From assembly GCA_021798935.1 (NCBI GenBank), contig JAJZBL010000001.1, positions 129,292 to 193,291 on the forward strand: a stretch of DNA of 64,000 bases, given 5' to 3'. Origin of the DNA: Candidatus Micrarchaeota archaeon. Its GTDB lineage: Archaea; Micrarchaeota; Micrarchaeia; Micrarchaeales; Micrarchaeaceae. The notes under the pieces were generated by a model, which did no database searches, was not told the origin of the DNA, and worked only from the letters and a program-made list of their open reading frames with translations. Shown here piece by piece: positions 37,682 through 47,197 of this stretch (position 1 is its first letter; every line of letters starts with the position of its first letter). A program made the translations under genes and the position numbers.

Positions 37682-38427
37682 AGGTAACTGAAGATATAGA
37701 ACTAATAGATGGCTTGCCTATAGCATATGTCCGTTCATTGAATTCACTTGCTGTCGCTGATCTGCATTTAGGTTATGAGGGAGTTATGGCAAAGAGAGGA
37801 ATTCTTGTTCCTAAAGCAAACCTCAAATTTATAAAGAAGTCTATAAAATCTGCGGTAGAATTGACATCAGCCAAAAACATAATAGTAGACGGAGACATAA
37901 AAAACGATTTTTCTGATGTAGATGTAGAGGAATTTAACGAACTATTTGAGCTGATCCACTTTCTAAAAGATCTAAATCTTTCAATAACTTTGATCAAAGG
38001 AAACCATGACAATTTCGTTGAAAGATATAAGGAAGCTTTCAACTTGAAAGTATATAGGCAGGAAACCCTTATAGAAAATTATCTTTTCCTGCATGGAGAG
38101 GAATTGCCGGCAGAAGACAAGCTCCAATCCTCTTCGACTCTTATAATGGGCCACGAGCATCCTGCGATAAGTATATATACGGAGGCAGGATCAAAGGAGA
38201 AGCTAAAGTGCTTCTTATATGGCAAGTATGATGGCAAGCCTATACTTGTGCTGCCTGCAATGAGCTACTTTTCAGGAGGAACTGATATAAACTTGGTCCC
38301 AAAGGAAGAGCTTCTTTCGCCACTGTTTAAAAATATTGATGTAGACTCTATGGAGGTTTATGCTATAGGATATGGTTCAACTGTAGATTTTGGGACTGTT
38401 GAAATAATCAAAAAAGGAACCTTCTGA
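37678..38427 (+). CDS. Calcineurin-like metallophosphoesterase (Lhr-associated MPE)
   Basis: ADLHLG, DGDIK, KGNHD, LHG, GHEHP; overlaps the lhr stop. Confidence 0.92.
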   Translation: MKVTEDIELIDGLPIAYVRSLNSLAVADLHLGYEGVMAKRGILVPKANLKFIKKSIKSAVELTSAKNIIVDGDIKNDFSDVDVEEFNELFELIHFLKDLNLSITLIKGNHDNFVERYKEAFNLKVYRQETLIENYLFLHGEELPAEDKLQSSSTLIMGHEHPAISIYTEAGSKEKLKCFLYGKYDGKPILVLPAMSYFSGGTDINLVPKEELLSPLFKNIDVDSMEVYAIGYGSTVDFGTVEIIKKGTF

Positions 38428-38433
38428 AGAAAA

Positions 38434-40002
38434 TTAAAACCAAGGCAATACATTTATCAACAATGCTATTATTATTATTGCAATTATCAGATGAATCTTT
38501 CTTTTATCCTTTATAGATGTGGAATAGATTCTCCACCCATCAAATCCTGGTATTGGCAGCAAATTGACTGCACCTATCAAGAAGTTAAGCATAAATGAGA
38601 GTGCAAACAGTGTATAAAAGAAGAATATTATGCTTTTTGATATCGTGTTTGTTACAGGCTCTGTCACCTGCCCTACTTCTATACCTATCAAAGATGTTGT
38701 TTTATTATAAGGCTTAGCTACCAAGCTATAATTGCCTGTGCTAGTGGAGAGATCCACAATTTCACCTGAATAGGTTTTAGAAGCATCATTCTCAAGCTGT
38801 GTCAAGTTTTTAACCTTTAACCCATTCCAATAAAGCAGATCAGAATTATTCTTAACTACTCCATAGGCAGGAAACCCTTTCATTGTGCCTACTATGACTA
38901 CATTTGTATGATATATGTGGTTTACAACATAGGGAAGCATCAGTATCATAGGTATGAAGAATATAATCATGAAGAGAAAGTTGGCAGACACCCCTGCAAC
39001 AGATATCTTATTTTGGGAAAGTGCATCCAGCTTTAAAATTTCATCCTCATTCGGTTCTACAAAAGCACCCATAGGCAAGATTCCAAGCATAAGTAGTCCG
39101 ATGGATTTAAGCCTTACCTTTGATAGTGCTGCAAGTATACCATGAGAGAATTCATGGACAACCAAGAGCAGTGCCAATGCAATAAGTCCTGCTACCAAAG
39201 GCAGGTCAATTCCTGGTATAACTGGAGCTACTCCAGGGATTCCAGATGAAAGAGGTTTTACTGAAGATATTTCTATTGATTTAATTACAAGCAGCACTAT
39301 ATCTCCTGCATTATATAATATAGAACTTAGCACGTATCCTGCAAATCCCGTAGAAATTGTTATTATATTAAGTATAAGTAGAATTGGAGATTCATGGGCC
39401 AAATCATAAAGCAAGGTGAAAAAACCTGGCACTTTAATTGAAGTTATAAAGTCCACATGGCTACTCAGTTTTGGCAGGTTTATAAAGGTGGCAGCATAGC
39501 TCATATAAGGCAATATGAACATTGTTATGATTATAAGAGATATAAGCCCAAAGGCATACATTTTCTTGCTTACTTTATTGCCTAAGATTAAGTATGAAAG
39601 CACCCCAAATCCTAGTATCATGCCCCAAGCTGCGAAACTATCCCAAAATTTTTCATTAGAATATGCAATTTTCTTAATAGTACTTAGGCCTTTTTTGGTC
39701 TTAAGCAGGTAAATTCCATATCCTCCATTAAGACCGTCTACCTTTGTTATTATTATGCCACTAATTACTAATGTAGCTATTGCAAGTGCCCACTGTAGGA
39801 TTAAACCAAGATATGAGGCATAATAAAGCCTGTAAATTATAAACATAGACACTACAAGTAGGACCACATATGCAGACGCTCTAGCGCCTAATGATTTTAA
39901 ATATCCCTTTGGTTTATTCGCCTCAGCAGCATTATTTAATGCCACTCTTTTGGAGTTATTGGAATTTATTTTAATATCTTTATCATTTTTCAACAGAACC
40001 AC
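38434..40002 (-). CDS. Site-2 protease (M50) with PDZ-like insert
   Basis: VVHEFSHG, GAFVEP, AGVSAN, NLLPIPGFDG; multiple TM helices. Confidence 0.93.
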   Translation of the reverse strand: MVLLKNDKDIKINSNNSKRVALNNAAEANKPKGYLKSLGARASAYVVLLVVSMFIIYRLYYASYLGLILQWALAIATLVISGIIITKVDGLNGGYGIYLLKTKKGLSTIKKIAYSNEKFWDSFAAWGMILGFGVLSYLILGNKVSKKMYAFGLISLIIITMFILPYMSYAATFINLPKLSSHVDFITSIKVPGFFTLLYDLAHESPILLILNIITISTGFAGYVLSSILYNAGDIVLLVIKSIEISSVKPLSSGIPGVAPVIPGIDLPLVAGLIALALLLVVHEFSHGILAALSKVRLKSIGLLMLGILPMGAFVEPNEDEILKLDALSQNKISVAGVSANFLFMIIFFIPMILMLPYVVNHIYHTNVVIVGTMKGFPAYGVVKNNSDLLYWNGLKVKNLTQLENDASKTYSGEIVDLSTSTGNYSLVAKPYNKTTSLIGIEVGQVTEPVTNTISKSIIFFFYTLFALSFMLNFLIGAVNLLPIPGFDGWRIYSTSIKDKRKIHLIIAIIIIALLINVLPWF

Positions 40003-40217
40003 TCAATCAGAAATAAGCTAAGTACTTTTGCAAATTAAACTTATTTATGATTTACTATTTAGCTAGGTTTGCAAAATTTTAAAATATGCCGAAAAGAGGA
40101 CAATGTGACAAAATCTAATTTTATCTTAAGGCCTGCAACTATGATTAACAAGACAGGCCGGAAATCCCGAATAATTTGCCAATAAAAATCCAATAAACTC
40201 CCCCTCTATGCCAATCA

Positions 40218-40231
40218 AAAGGTATTTATAA
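40218..40231 (+). promoter_or_regulatory. BRE-TATA promoter upstream of eif5a
   Basis: Third copy of AAAGGTATTTATAA. Confidence 0.65.
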
Positions 40232-40323
40232 TTTATATGGCATAAAGTAGTGTCAATTCTATAAGTCGTATTTTTAAATACGAGTATTAGCAAAGATAGT
40301 AAATATAAATTTATGGTGCTTTT

Positions 40324-40722
40324 ATGGCTGACGGAGAAATAATGAAGATGACTATGAAGGATATACATGTAGGAAGGTATATAATAATAGACGGAGTACC
40401 ATGTAAAGTGGTCGATATAGAAACGAGCTCTCCAGGGAAGCACGGATCTGCAAAAATGAGAGTTACCGCAATGGGAATATTTGACGGCAGCAAAAAGACA
40501 CTATTGAAGCCAAGCGATGCAGATGCAGACGTGCCAGTGATAAAAAAGAAAAAGGCACAAGTAGTATCAGTATCAGGAAGTTCTGCACAGCTTATGGATT
40601 CTGAAACCTATGAAGTTTATGATCTACCAATACCTGAGGAACTAGAAGGCAAGGTAATAGCAGGTTCGGAAGTAGAAGTATTAGAGGCAATGGGAAAGAA
40701 AGCAATATCAAAAACAATATAA
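40324..40722 (+). CDS. eif5a: Translation factor aIF-5A
   Basis: Hypusine motif SSPGKHGSAK. Confidence 0.97.
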   Translation: MADGEIMKMTMKDIHVGRYIIIDGVPCKVVDIETSSPGKHGSAKMRVTAMGIFDGSKKTLLKPSDADADVPVIKKKKAQVVSVSGSSAQLMDSETYEVYDLPIPEELEGKVIAGSEVEVLEAMGKKAISKTI

Positions 40723-40733
40723 AGGTGAATTTT

Positions 40734-41036
40734 ATGGAATTAAAAATAGCTAAGAATGAAGACAATGAATTATTTAATAGGAAAAATGTAACTTTCAATG
40801 TAATCGGTTATGATGCGACCCCTTCAAAAGAGGTAGTAAAAGAAGAGCTTTGCAAGAAAATAAATGTGCTACCAGAACTGACTGTAATCGTAAACCTAAG
40901 CCAAGAATCAGGGATGAGAAGGTTAAACGGTGTAGCACACGTTTACAGCAACAAAGATGATATAACAAAATACGAAAGAGACTATCTACTTAAAAGAAGT
41001 GAAAAGAAAGAAGCAAAAAAGGAAGGCGAAAAATAA
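40734..41036 (+). CDS. rps24e: 30S ribosomal protein S24e
   Basis: N.LFNRK...F, ATPSK..V, G.AHVY, E..YLLKR; followed by S27ae. Confidence 0.88.
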   Translation: MELKIAKNEDNELFNRKNVTFNVIGYDATPSKEVVKEELCKKINVLPELTVIVNLSQESGMRRLNGVAHVYSNKDDITKYERDYLLKRSEKKEAKKEGEK

Positions 41037-41052
41037 ATAATGAGTGATATAG

Positions 41053-41211
41053 ATGGCAGAAGATAAAAGTACTAAGAAATTTAAAGCTTATTCACCAGGA
41101 AAGATGTGCCCTAAGTGCAACTCAAGGATGGCTTCCCATAAAGACAGATACGCTTGTGGTAAATGTGGGTACACAGAATTCAAGCACAAGGAAGGCGAAA
41201 AGAAGGAGTAA
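41053..41211 (+). CDS. rps27ae: 30S ribosomal protein S27ae
   Basis: Below the track cutoff. Manual translation [52 protein letters not shown]. Confidence 0.92.
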   Translation: MAEDKSTKKFKAYSPGKMCPKCNSRMASHKDRYACGKCGYTEFKHKEGEKKE

Positions 41212-41227
41212 GCAATTTTACTCTCAC

Positions 41228-41938
41228 TTGCCTAAAGAGAGTAATAAACCTAATCATGATGAAGCTTATCTTATAAATAGTAAAAAGAAAGGCAAAGCAG
41301 ATTATAAGATAAGATACATATTTTACTCTTTTTCCATTTTGCTTGTCCTCATAGCAATCACATCAGTTGCCCTATACTATGATTTAATATTAGGGCAGGC
41401 TATGGCGAATCTGATATCAACTATGTCAGTATCGCTCCTATTTCCATCTATAGTAATATCCTATATGCTAGCTAAAGGAGATAATTTGAGCGGGATAATA
41501 AAATCCTTAGGATTATCAAAGGACAAATTTAACCTGAAATACTTGCTTATAGGAGTAGCATTATTTGCTTTGATTATGATATTAGATCTGCTATTTAGTT
41601 CGATAACCTCCTACTTGCATCTATCATTCCCTACAAATGTAAAATCAGTTTTTTCTAACATGCCTATATATTTTTTAATATTCTCGTTTACAATAGCACC
41701 TATCGATGAAGAAATTCTTTTTAGGGGATTTTTAGTACCTCGCATAGGTATAATACAAAGTGCATTCTTATTTGCCATACTCCATTTTGGCTATGGCTCA
41801 ATATCTGAAATACTTTTTGCATTTATATTCGGATTGATAGCAGGATATGCCTTTAAAAAGACAACATCCCTATATACATCGATAATAGGGCATATATTGG
41901 TAAATATGCTTACCATAATATTGCTTTTCGTGATTTGA
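41228..41938 (+). CDS. CPBP/Abi (CAAX-protease-like) intramembrane metalloprotease
   Basis: APIDEEILFRG, FAILH, SIIGHILVN. The TTG start at 41228 was chosen to avoid overlap with S27ae. Confidence 0.88.
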   Translation: MPKESNKPNHDEAYLINSKKKGKADYKIRYIFYSFSILLVLIAITSVALYYDLILGQAMANLISTMSVSLLFPSIVISYMLAKGDNLSGIIKSLGLSKDKFNLKYLLIGVALFALIMILDLLFSSITSYLHLSFPTNVKSVFSNMPIYFLIFSFTIAPIDEEILFRGFLVPRIGIIQSAFLFAILHFGYGSISEILFAFIFGLIAGYAFKKTTSLYTSIIGHILVNMLTIILLFVI

Positions 41939-42012
41939 TTTTTATACAAAAATATAAATTGAAATAAATTCCAATTATATCTAATAGATATAGAAATGGA
42001 CATAAATAGCAA

Positions 42013-42714
42013 GTGATTTATTTGGATCTAAAATTAGTATTGGTTGAATCAGAATATCAAATTAATCTTGGTTATATAGCAAGGACAGCTAAAAATTTTG
42101 GCATAAGTGAAATTCGCCTTGTTAACCCAAAATGCAATTATTTAGGGAAACAAGCCATCAGATTTTCAAAACATGCAAGAGAACTTCTGGAAACAGCGAA
42201 AGTATACCAAAGTTTGAGTGATGCAATCAAAGATTCAGAATTTGCAATAGGGACTACTGCAATTTGGCACAAGGCAGAAGAAGCAAAAAGCAACATATAT
42301 TCATTAAGTTCTTTTCAGAAAAACTTCAGATCGCTGAATAAAGCATCTATAATAATAGGAAGGGATGGAACAGGGCTGACAAAGGAAGAGTTAGGGTTAT
42401 GTGATGCATCAATTTACATCCCTGCTAATAAAGATTATCAGACATTGAATATATCACATGCAGTTTCTATAATATTGTACGAATTAACCAAAGGAAAATT
42501 TGATGACAGTTTACTTAGCATGAAATATGCAGATGCTAAAGATATAGACTCCGTCGATTACTTGTTCCACAATTTCTTAAAAGAAAACAAGCATATTAGG
42601 AATAAGGCAAAAGTAGAATCAGTTTTTAAGCATATCTTAAAAAGATCCTATCCAACTAAAGAAGAAATTAATACATTAAAATCTGCATTCACAAAAAAGA
42701 AGAAACAAAAATAA
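42013..42714 (+). CDS. trmJ: SPOUT RNA methyltransferase, TrmJ/TrmH family
   Basis: LVE..Y..NLG.IAR..KNFG...LVNP, IGTTA, GRDG.GLT.EEL..CD...IP....Y.TLNISHAV.I.LYE. Confidence 0.9.
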   Translation: MIYLDLKLVLVESEYQINLGYIARTAKNFGISEIRLVNPKCNYLGKQAIRFSKHARELLETAKVYQSLSDAIKDSEFAIGTTAIWHKAEEAKSNIYSLSSFQKNFRSLNKASIIIGRDGTGLTKEELGLCDASIYIPANKDYQTLNISHAVSIILYELTKGKFDDSLLSMKYADAKDIDSVDYLFHNFLKENKHIRNKAKVESVFKHILKRSYPTKEEINTLKSAFTKKKKQK

Positions 42715-42715
42715 A

Positions 42716-43084
42716 TTACTGGGTTCTCTTCTTTTTAATTATTTTGACCTTTGCTGGGGTAATAATTATTTTTCCAGTATCAATTCTCCCAACATCTCCG
42801 TCTATCTTATTTACGTAGTCCTTTATCTTATCTACCAAATCCTTTAATGTTTTAGGCCTAGATGACATGGAAGAAATATCTAAAAGCAAAATATTCTTTT
42901 TGTTCAGCTCATCTTCAATTGCAGCCAAATCATCTTCACTTTCAAGATTAAGGGGTTTAACATAGAAATCTGCAGGCTCATTTAGAACATCTACGTTTTC
43001 CATTTCTTGAGAATTCATATAGTCCTCTATGTTTATCTCTTTTGAGACTCCAAGATCTTTACCTAACTTGCCGAATAGACTCAT
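42716..43084 (-). CDS. sepF: Cell division protein SepF
   Basis: YVKPL.L....D...I..EL...NI.LLDI...V..I.GDV.RI....IIITP..VKI archaeal SepF pattern. Confidence 0.85.
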   Translation of the reverse strand: MSLFGKLGKDLGVSKEINIEDYMNSQEMENVDVLNEPADFYVKPLNLESEDDLAAIEDELNKKNILLLDISSMSSRPKTLKDLVDKIKDYVNKIDGDVGRIDTGKIIITPAKVKIIKKKRTQ

Positions 43085-43248
43085 ATAATCACCACTCTAT
43101 ACCTAGTTGATATTGCATATTATTATTTTTAATACTTTCTATTTTCGAGTGAATACCGATATCTATACAGTATTTAAATTTAAAACTCCTGTAAAAGATG
43201 AGAGACTACCAGATAAGTTTAAAAATATTAATCATTTATATTAAATCA

Positions 43249-43629
43249 ATGATTAAAATAAAAAGGGTATACGACAAAATAGATATTCACGATGGAACCA
43301 GAATACTCGTGGACCGATTATGGCCCAGAGGGGTAAGGCGAAGCAGTGCAAATATAGATTTGTGGCTTAAGAATGTAGGCCCAAGTGATGACCTTAGGAA
43401 GTGGTTTAGCCATGAGCCAGATAAGTGGCCTGAATTCAAGAAACGATATATAAATGAACTTAAAACAAATCCTGTTTTTGATAAATTACTGGATATAGCG
43501 ATGACTACCGATCCAATAACCTTATTATATGCAACAAAAGACCCAGAGAAGAATAATGCAGCCGTATTGATGGAGCAATTGGAGATCAAGATTAAAAAAT
43601 TCAAATCTCTGACAAATCCTGAAAAATAA
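43249..43629 (+). CDS. DUF488-family (YeaO-like) protein
   Basis: IKIKRVY, DG.RILVDRLWPRGV, D.WLK..GPS..LRKWF.H.P.KW.EF..RY, TLLYA.KD...NNA.VL. Confidence 0.92.
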   Translation: MIKIKRVYDKIDIHDGTRILVDRLWPRGVRRSSANIDLWLKNVGPSDDLRKWFSHEPDKWPEFKKRYINELKTNPVFDKLLDIAMTTDPITLLYATKDPEKNNAAVLMEQLEIKIKKFKSLTNPEK

Positions 43630-43643
43630 CTTATAGATAAAAA

Positions 43644-44066
43644 TTAATTAATCTTCTCTATAAGTCTAACATGTTCCTTCATTATGCATCTGTCCATAAC
43701 AAATAGCATACCTTTTTCTTCAGCATATTTTTCAGCACTCTCGCTGAATATCCCTTCTTGCAGCCAGAGTACCTTTGCACCTATGGAATATGCCTCTTTT
43801 GCAATCCCCAACGCTTCTGCAGCTGGCCTAAATACATCCACAATCTCTACTTTAAAGGGTATGTCAATTAAAGATGCATAAGATTTCTCGCCAAGTATCT
43901 CATCTGCATTAGGGTTTACAGGCACTATTTTATAACCTGCTTGCTGCATATACTTTGGTATGTCATGAGAAGGTTTTCCTTCTTCTCGTGAACAGCCAAC
44001 CACAGCTATTACCTTGAAGTTATTTAGTATAAATATCTCTTTTTCATCTTCACTGCTGAATTCCAT
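43644..44066 (-). CDS. CoA-binding protein (YccU-like)
   Basis: IAVVG.S....KPS, GY.IVPVNP, ILGEK.Y.SL, VDVFRP, LWLQEGI, VMDRC. Confidence 0.92.
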   Translation of the reverse strand: MEFSSEDEKEIFILNNFKVIAVVGCSREEGKPSHDIPKYMQQAGYKIVPVNPNADEILGEKSYASLIDIPFKVEIVDVFRPAAEALGIAKEAYSIGAKVLWLQEGIFSESAEKYAEEKGMLFVMDRCIMKEHVRLIEKIN

Positions 44067-44118
44067 TAAATCAATATTTACTATGTAAAAATACATTTAA
44101 TAGTATCTTATAAATAAT

Positions 44119-44505
44119 ATGCTGATGGAAGTAATAATAGATACAAGCTCATTGCTTTTCAGTGCCCGAAATAAATGCGATATAATAAGTTATATAGAGA
44201 CTGAAATGCCAAATGCAGAAATCTGCATATCTAAAGGAGTAATACGGGAATTAAATGGATTATCTAAAGGTAACGGAAGAGATTCAATAGCAGCAAGAAT
44301 GATTATAGAAATACTTAAAAATAAAAAGGTTAAAGTATATAACAATAATGAATATGTTGATCAATGGATATATAAGCACGCTATCGAAAATAAAATAAAA
44401 GGAATCAGCCAGTTAATTATTACCAATGATACAGAAGTTTATAAAAAAATAAAATCAGAAAAAATAGCTGTCAAAAAAGCCACGATCAAGTGCTTTTTAA
44501 AATAA
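44119..44505 (+). CDS. PIN-domain protein (Fcf1-like)
   Basis: VIIDTS, V..EL, D..I, IITND; conserved position upstream of rpoE. Confidence 0.85.
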   Translation: MLMEVIIDTSSLLFSARNKCDIISYIETEMPNAEICISKGVIRELNGLSKGNGRDSIAARMIIEILKNKKVKVYNNNEYVDQWIYKHAIENKIKGISQLIITNDTEVYKKIKSEKIAVKKATIKCFLK

Positions 44506-44517
44506 TTTGGTGAAAAA

Positions 44518-45117
44518 ATGTATAAAGTCTTCTCAGTAACTGATAATTTTAAGTTGCCTCCGTCTGAATTTGGAAACGATATAAGTAAGGTAGCAACACA
44601 CATACTGCAGGAAAAGTATGAAGGATTAATAGATCCAGATGTAGGCATAGTATTGGCTATCTATGGAATCAAGGATATTAGTGATGGAATCATATACCCA
44701 GGCGATGCATCAACTCACCACAAGGTCAACTTCCATATATTAACATATAAACCAGAGGTAGACGAAGTAGATATAGGGGTAGTTACAGAGCTTGTTGATT
44801 TTGGAGCGTTTGTAAGAATAGGTCCAGTAGACGGATTAGTTCACGTATCCCAAATAACTGATGATTTCATATCTTTGGATAAGAAGGTAAGTGCATTTGT
44901 ATCTAAAAACAATGGCAAATCCCTTAAGAAAGATGATATAGTATACACAAAGATATCAACTATAAGCATGAAGAAATCTATAAAAGATTCAAGAATAGCA
45001 TTAACAATGAAGCCATATGGATTAGGTAAGCTTGAATGGATCTTAGCAGGGCCAAAGAAAAAGGTATTGCCTAAAGGGAGCAAACCTGCAGTTGCAGCAA
45101 AAGCTGCTAAAAAGTGA
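44518..45117 (+). CDS. rpoE: RNA polymerase subunit E' (Rpo7)
   Basis: LPP.EFG, I.PGD..., S1 domain GAFVRIGPVDGLVHVSQI.DD, IALTM.P.GLGK.EWI. Confidence 0.96.
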   Translation: MYKVFSVTDNFKLPPSEFGNDISKVATHILQEKYEGLIDPDVGIVLAIYGIKDISDGIIYPGDASTHHKVNFHILTYKPEVDEVDIGVVTELVDFGAFVRIGPVDGLVHVSQITDDFISLDKKVSAFVSKNNGKSLKKDDIVYTKISTISMKKSIKDSRIALTMKPYGLGKLEWILAGPKKKVLPKGSKPAVAAKAAKK

Positions 45118-45131
45118 AAGAGGTATTGAAA

Positions 45132-45329
45132 ATGGCAGACGAATTAGCATGTAGAAATTGCAAGTTTATAATAAGCAGCCACAGTTCAAAGTGTCCTATT
45201 TGTGGTTCTGAAGATTTAACTTCAAAATGGAGTGGTTACATAATAATGTTAAATGTAGACAAGTCAGAATTAGCAAAAGCTTCAAATATAAAAACAAATG
45301 GAGTATATGCAATTAGCATAAGAGATTGA
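45132..45329 (+). CDS. spt4: Transcription elongation factor Spt4 (RpoE'')
   Basis: ACRNCK.I....CP.CGS..LT..WSG.II....S.LA.....G.YAI.IR. Confidence 0.95.
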   Translation: MADELACRNCKFIISSHSSKCPICGSEDLTSKWSGYIIMLNVDKSELAKASNIKTNGVYAISIRD

Positions 45330-45426
45330 CTTACAGCAATTATAATTTAGCTGACAAAACTTATCCTTTATTTTATTAGGGTATTCAAACCCTTTTTAGT
45401 AACAAATAAAAATTTCTTAAAATTAA

Positions 45427-46161
45427 TTAGCTTGCTTCCTCATCTTCGTGTGTTTTATCGCTGTTCTCATTATCAACCTTGCTATCTATGGAATTCTCAT
45501 ACTCTTCTACAACATTCATTTTACTGATCCCATCTACATAAGCAAATATTGCTGATAAAGCATTAGCTTTACCTATAAAATAGTCAGCATTCTTCTTGAA
45601 TTTAGGATCATAGTAAAGCACAAATTTATCCCCTTCCTTCTCTATACGTGATGGCTGCACATTATAGGTCTTTGTAAGCCCCTCTATCTTTTCCTTGTCC
45701 TCCTTGAGCTGTTTTATAACTTCAACCTCATATTTAATGCTCTTGCCCGCATCTGGGTGATTTCTATCGACCACGACTCTGCCTGAGCCTACACTTACAA
45801 CAGTTGCCACTGAATTGTCAATATTAATCTGCATTCCAGGCTGTGGGTCTATCTTATTTTCCCTAAACTGTGAAATTGGCATTACTCCTATAAGGTCCTT
45901 CCTGCGCTCCCCAAAAGCATCTTTTGGCTCTAATACGAAGGTCTTTGATTCACCCTCATTCATATTCATCAATTCCTTCTCCAGACCTGGAACAACTGCA
46001 TGGGATCCCAATATTATCAAGGTAGGTCCATAATTTATATGGTCATCGTAAATGTCTCCCTCTTTAGCCTTATCCTTATAAGTTGTGGATAGGACAGTGC
46101 CCTTTTCTGCATCATATGCTGTGTAATTTATCTCTATAAAATCTTTTTCTTTGAAACTCAT
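45427..46161 (-). CDS. slyD: FKBP-type peptidyl-prolyl isomerase, long archaeal SlyD type
   Basis: I.INYT, VVPGLE.EL..M..GE, L.P.DAFGER, P.PGM.I, VS..GRV.VD.NHP.AGK. Confidence 0.93.
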   Translation of the reverse strand: MSFKEKDFIEINYTAYDAEKGTVLSTTYKDKAKEGDIYDDHINYGPTLIILGSHAVVPGLEKELMNMNEGESKTFVLEPKDAFGERRKDLIGVMPISQFRENKIDPQPGMQINIDNSVATVVSVGSGRVVVDRNHPDAGKSIKYEVEVIKQLKEDKEKIEGLTKTYNVQPSRIEKEGDKFVLYYDPKFKKNADYFIGKANALSAIFAYVDGISKMNVVEEYENSIDSKVDNENSDKTHEDEEAS

Positions 46162-46358
46162 ATTAATCACTTGCTGTAAAATAAAGACTTTTATTATTTA
46201 AAGCCATAAATATTCTTATAATATCCTATTTAAATCTTATTACTGAATTAAAATATTCTAAACTTGCTGGAAAGATTATTCAATTCCAAATAAATATTTA
46301 TAAATATTTAAACTTGTGATAAGAAACAGTTATCAATTATCTATTGGTGTATTATTTT

Positions 46359-47183
46359 ATGAATGAAAAAAGCAAGAAAATTATAATGCTGGTAGTATCA
46401 ATAGTCATAGCTATGACCTTTATAAGCTCATATCTGAATTCAGATTTTAATTCTCCTGCCCCTACTACCCCATCAAAACCCACATTGAAATTGCAGCCCG
46501 TCCCATTTTTTGGATCTGCGAATGCTATAATACGTAATTACACATCATCATTGTACGTTTATGAAAATGTTACCGGTGCATCCAACCAAACATCATTAAA
46601 TAACAGCCTATCGACTGCTATAAACGCCCTACCAAGTTATGGAGAAAATAAGATTCCAAACGGGTATTACATAAGATTAACAGAGAGCCCTATATCTGCT
46701 TACCAATCTCTAAAAACCAAGTTTGGAAATGATATTATTGTAAAATCAGATGCATTAGTCAATGTGATGGGCAATTACACATCATCATTGTACGTTTATG
46801 AAAATGTTACCGGTGCATCCAACATAACTAATTTAGATAGCAATCTTCAGTCTGCTTTCAATGCGCTTGGGGTAAGCGGAGAGTATCCAATTAAAAATGG
46901 CTACGACATTATAAAGGTAGGAAGTGTAAGTAATATAGTAAGTTCTTTGAAAACAGAATTTGGCAACAAAATAATATTAAAGCCTACGATAACAGTAGAT
47001 GCAGTCCCAATGACATATTCTTCGAAATATGGCGATATAGGCATATATTTTAATGCCACTACCTTATATACATTAGATAATGTCTCTATAATACCCCTAA
47101 ATAGTACTGTTCCTGTAAGCATAATCGCTACGGTTACAGATAACGATAAGCCTTATCAAGTAATGCTTAAGCCAATAGGATGA
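46359..47183 (+). CDS. Membrane-anchored surface glycoprotein with internal tandem domain duplication
   Basis: N-terminal TM helix, Pro linker, two units of about 79 aa both starting NYTSSLYVYENVTGASN, many N-x-S/T sequons. Confidence 0.75.
   Translation: MNEKSKKIIMLVVSIVIAMTFISSYLNSDFNSPAPTTPSKPTLKLQPVPFFGSANAIIRNYTSSLYVYENVTGASNQTSLNNSLSTAINALPSYGENKIPNGYYIRLTESPISAYQSLKTKFGNDIIVKSDALVNVMGNYTSSLYVYENVTGASNITNLDSNLQSAFNALGVSGEYPIKNGYDIIKVGSVSNIVSSLKTEFGNKIILKPTITVDAVPMTYSSKYGDIGIYFNATTLYTLDNVSIIPLNSTVPVSIIATVTDNDKPYQVMLKPIG
46536..46823 (+). repeat. Perfect 51-bp direct repeat, 237 bp apart (in frame)
   Basis: AATTACACATCATCATTGTACGTTTATGAAAATGTTACCGGTGCATCCAAC at 46536-46586 and 46773-46823. 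Confidence 0.95.
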
Positions 47184-47197
47184 AATGGGTAACTTTC

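Noticed and set aside
34994-38427. Lhr helicase plus metallophosphoesterase as a novel defence pair
   Set aside because: This is a well-known conserved DNA-repair-associated pairing, with no accessory genes suggesting something new.
41019-41201. 14-nt repeat AAGGAAGGCGAAAA in the S24e and S27ae tails
   Set aside because: Low-complexity KEGEK coding; a chance match is plausible.
41156-41227. Track's N-terminal extension of the CPBP protease
   Set aside because: It overlaps the real S27ae gene; the TTG at 41228 is a more plausible start.
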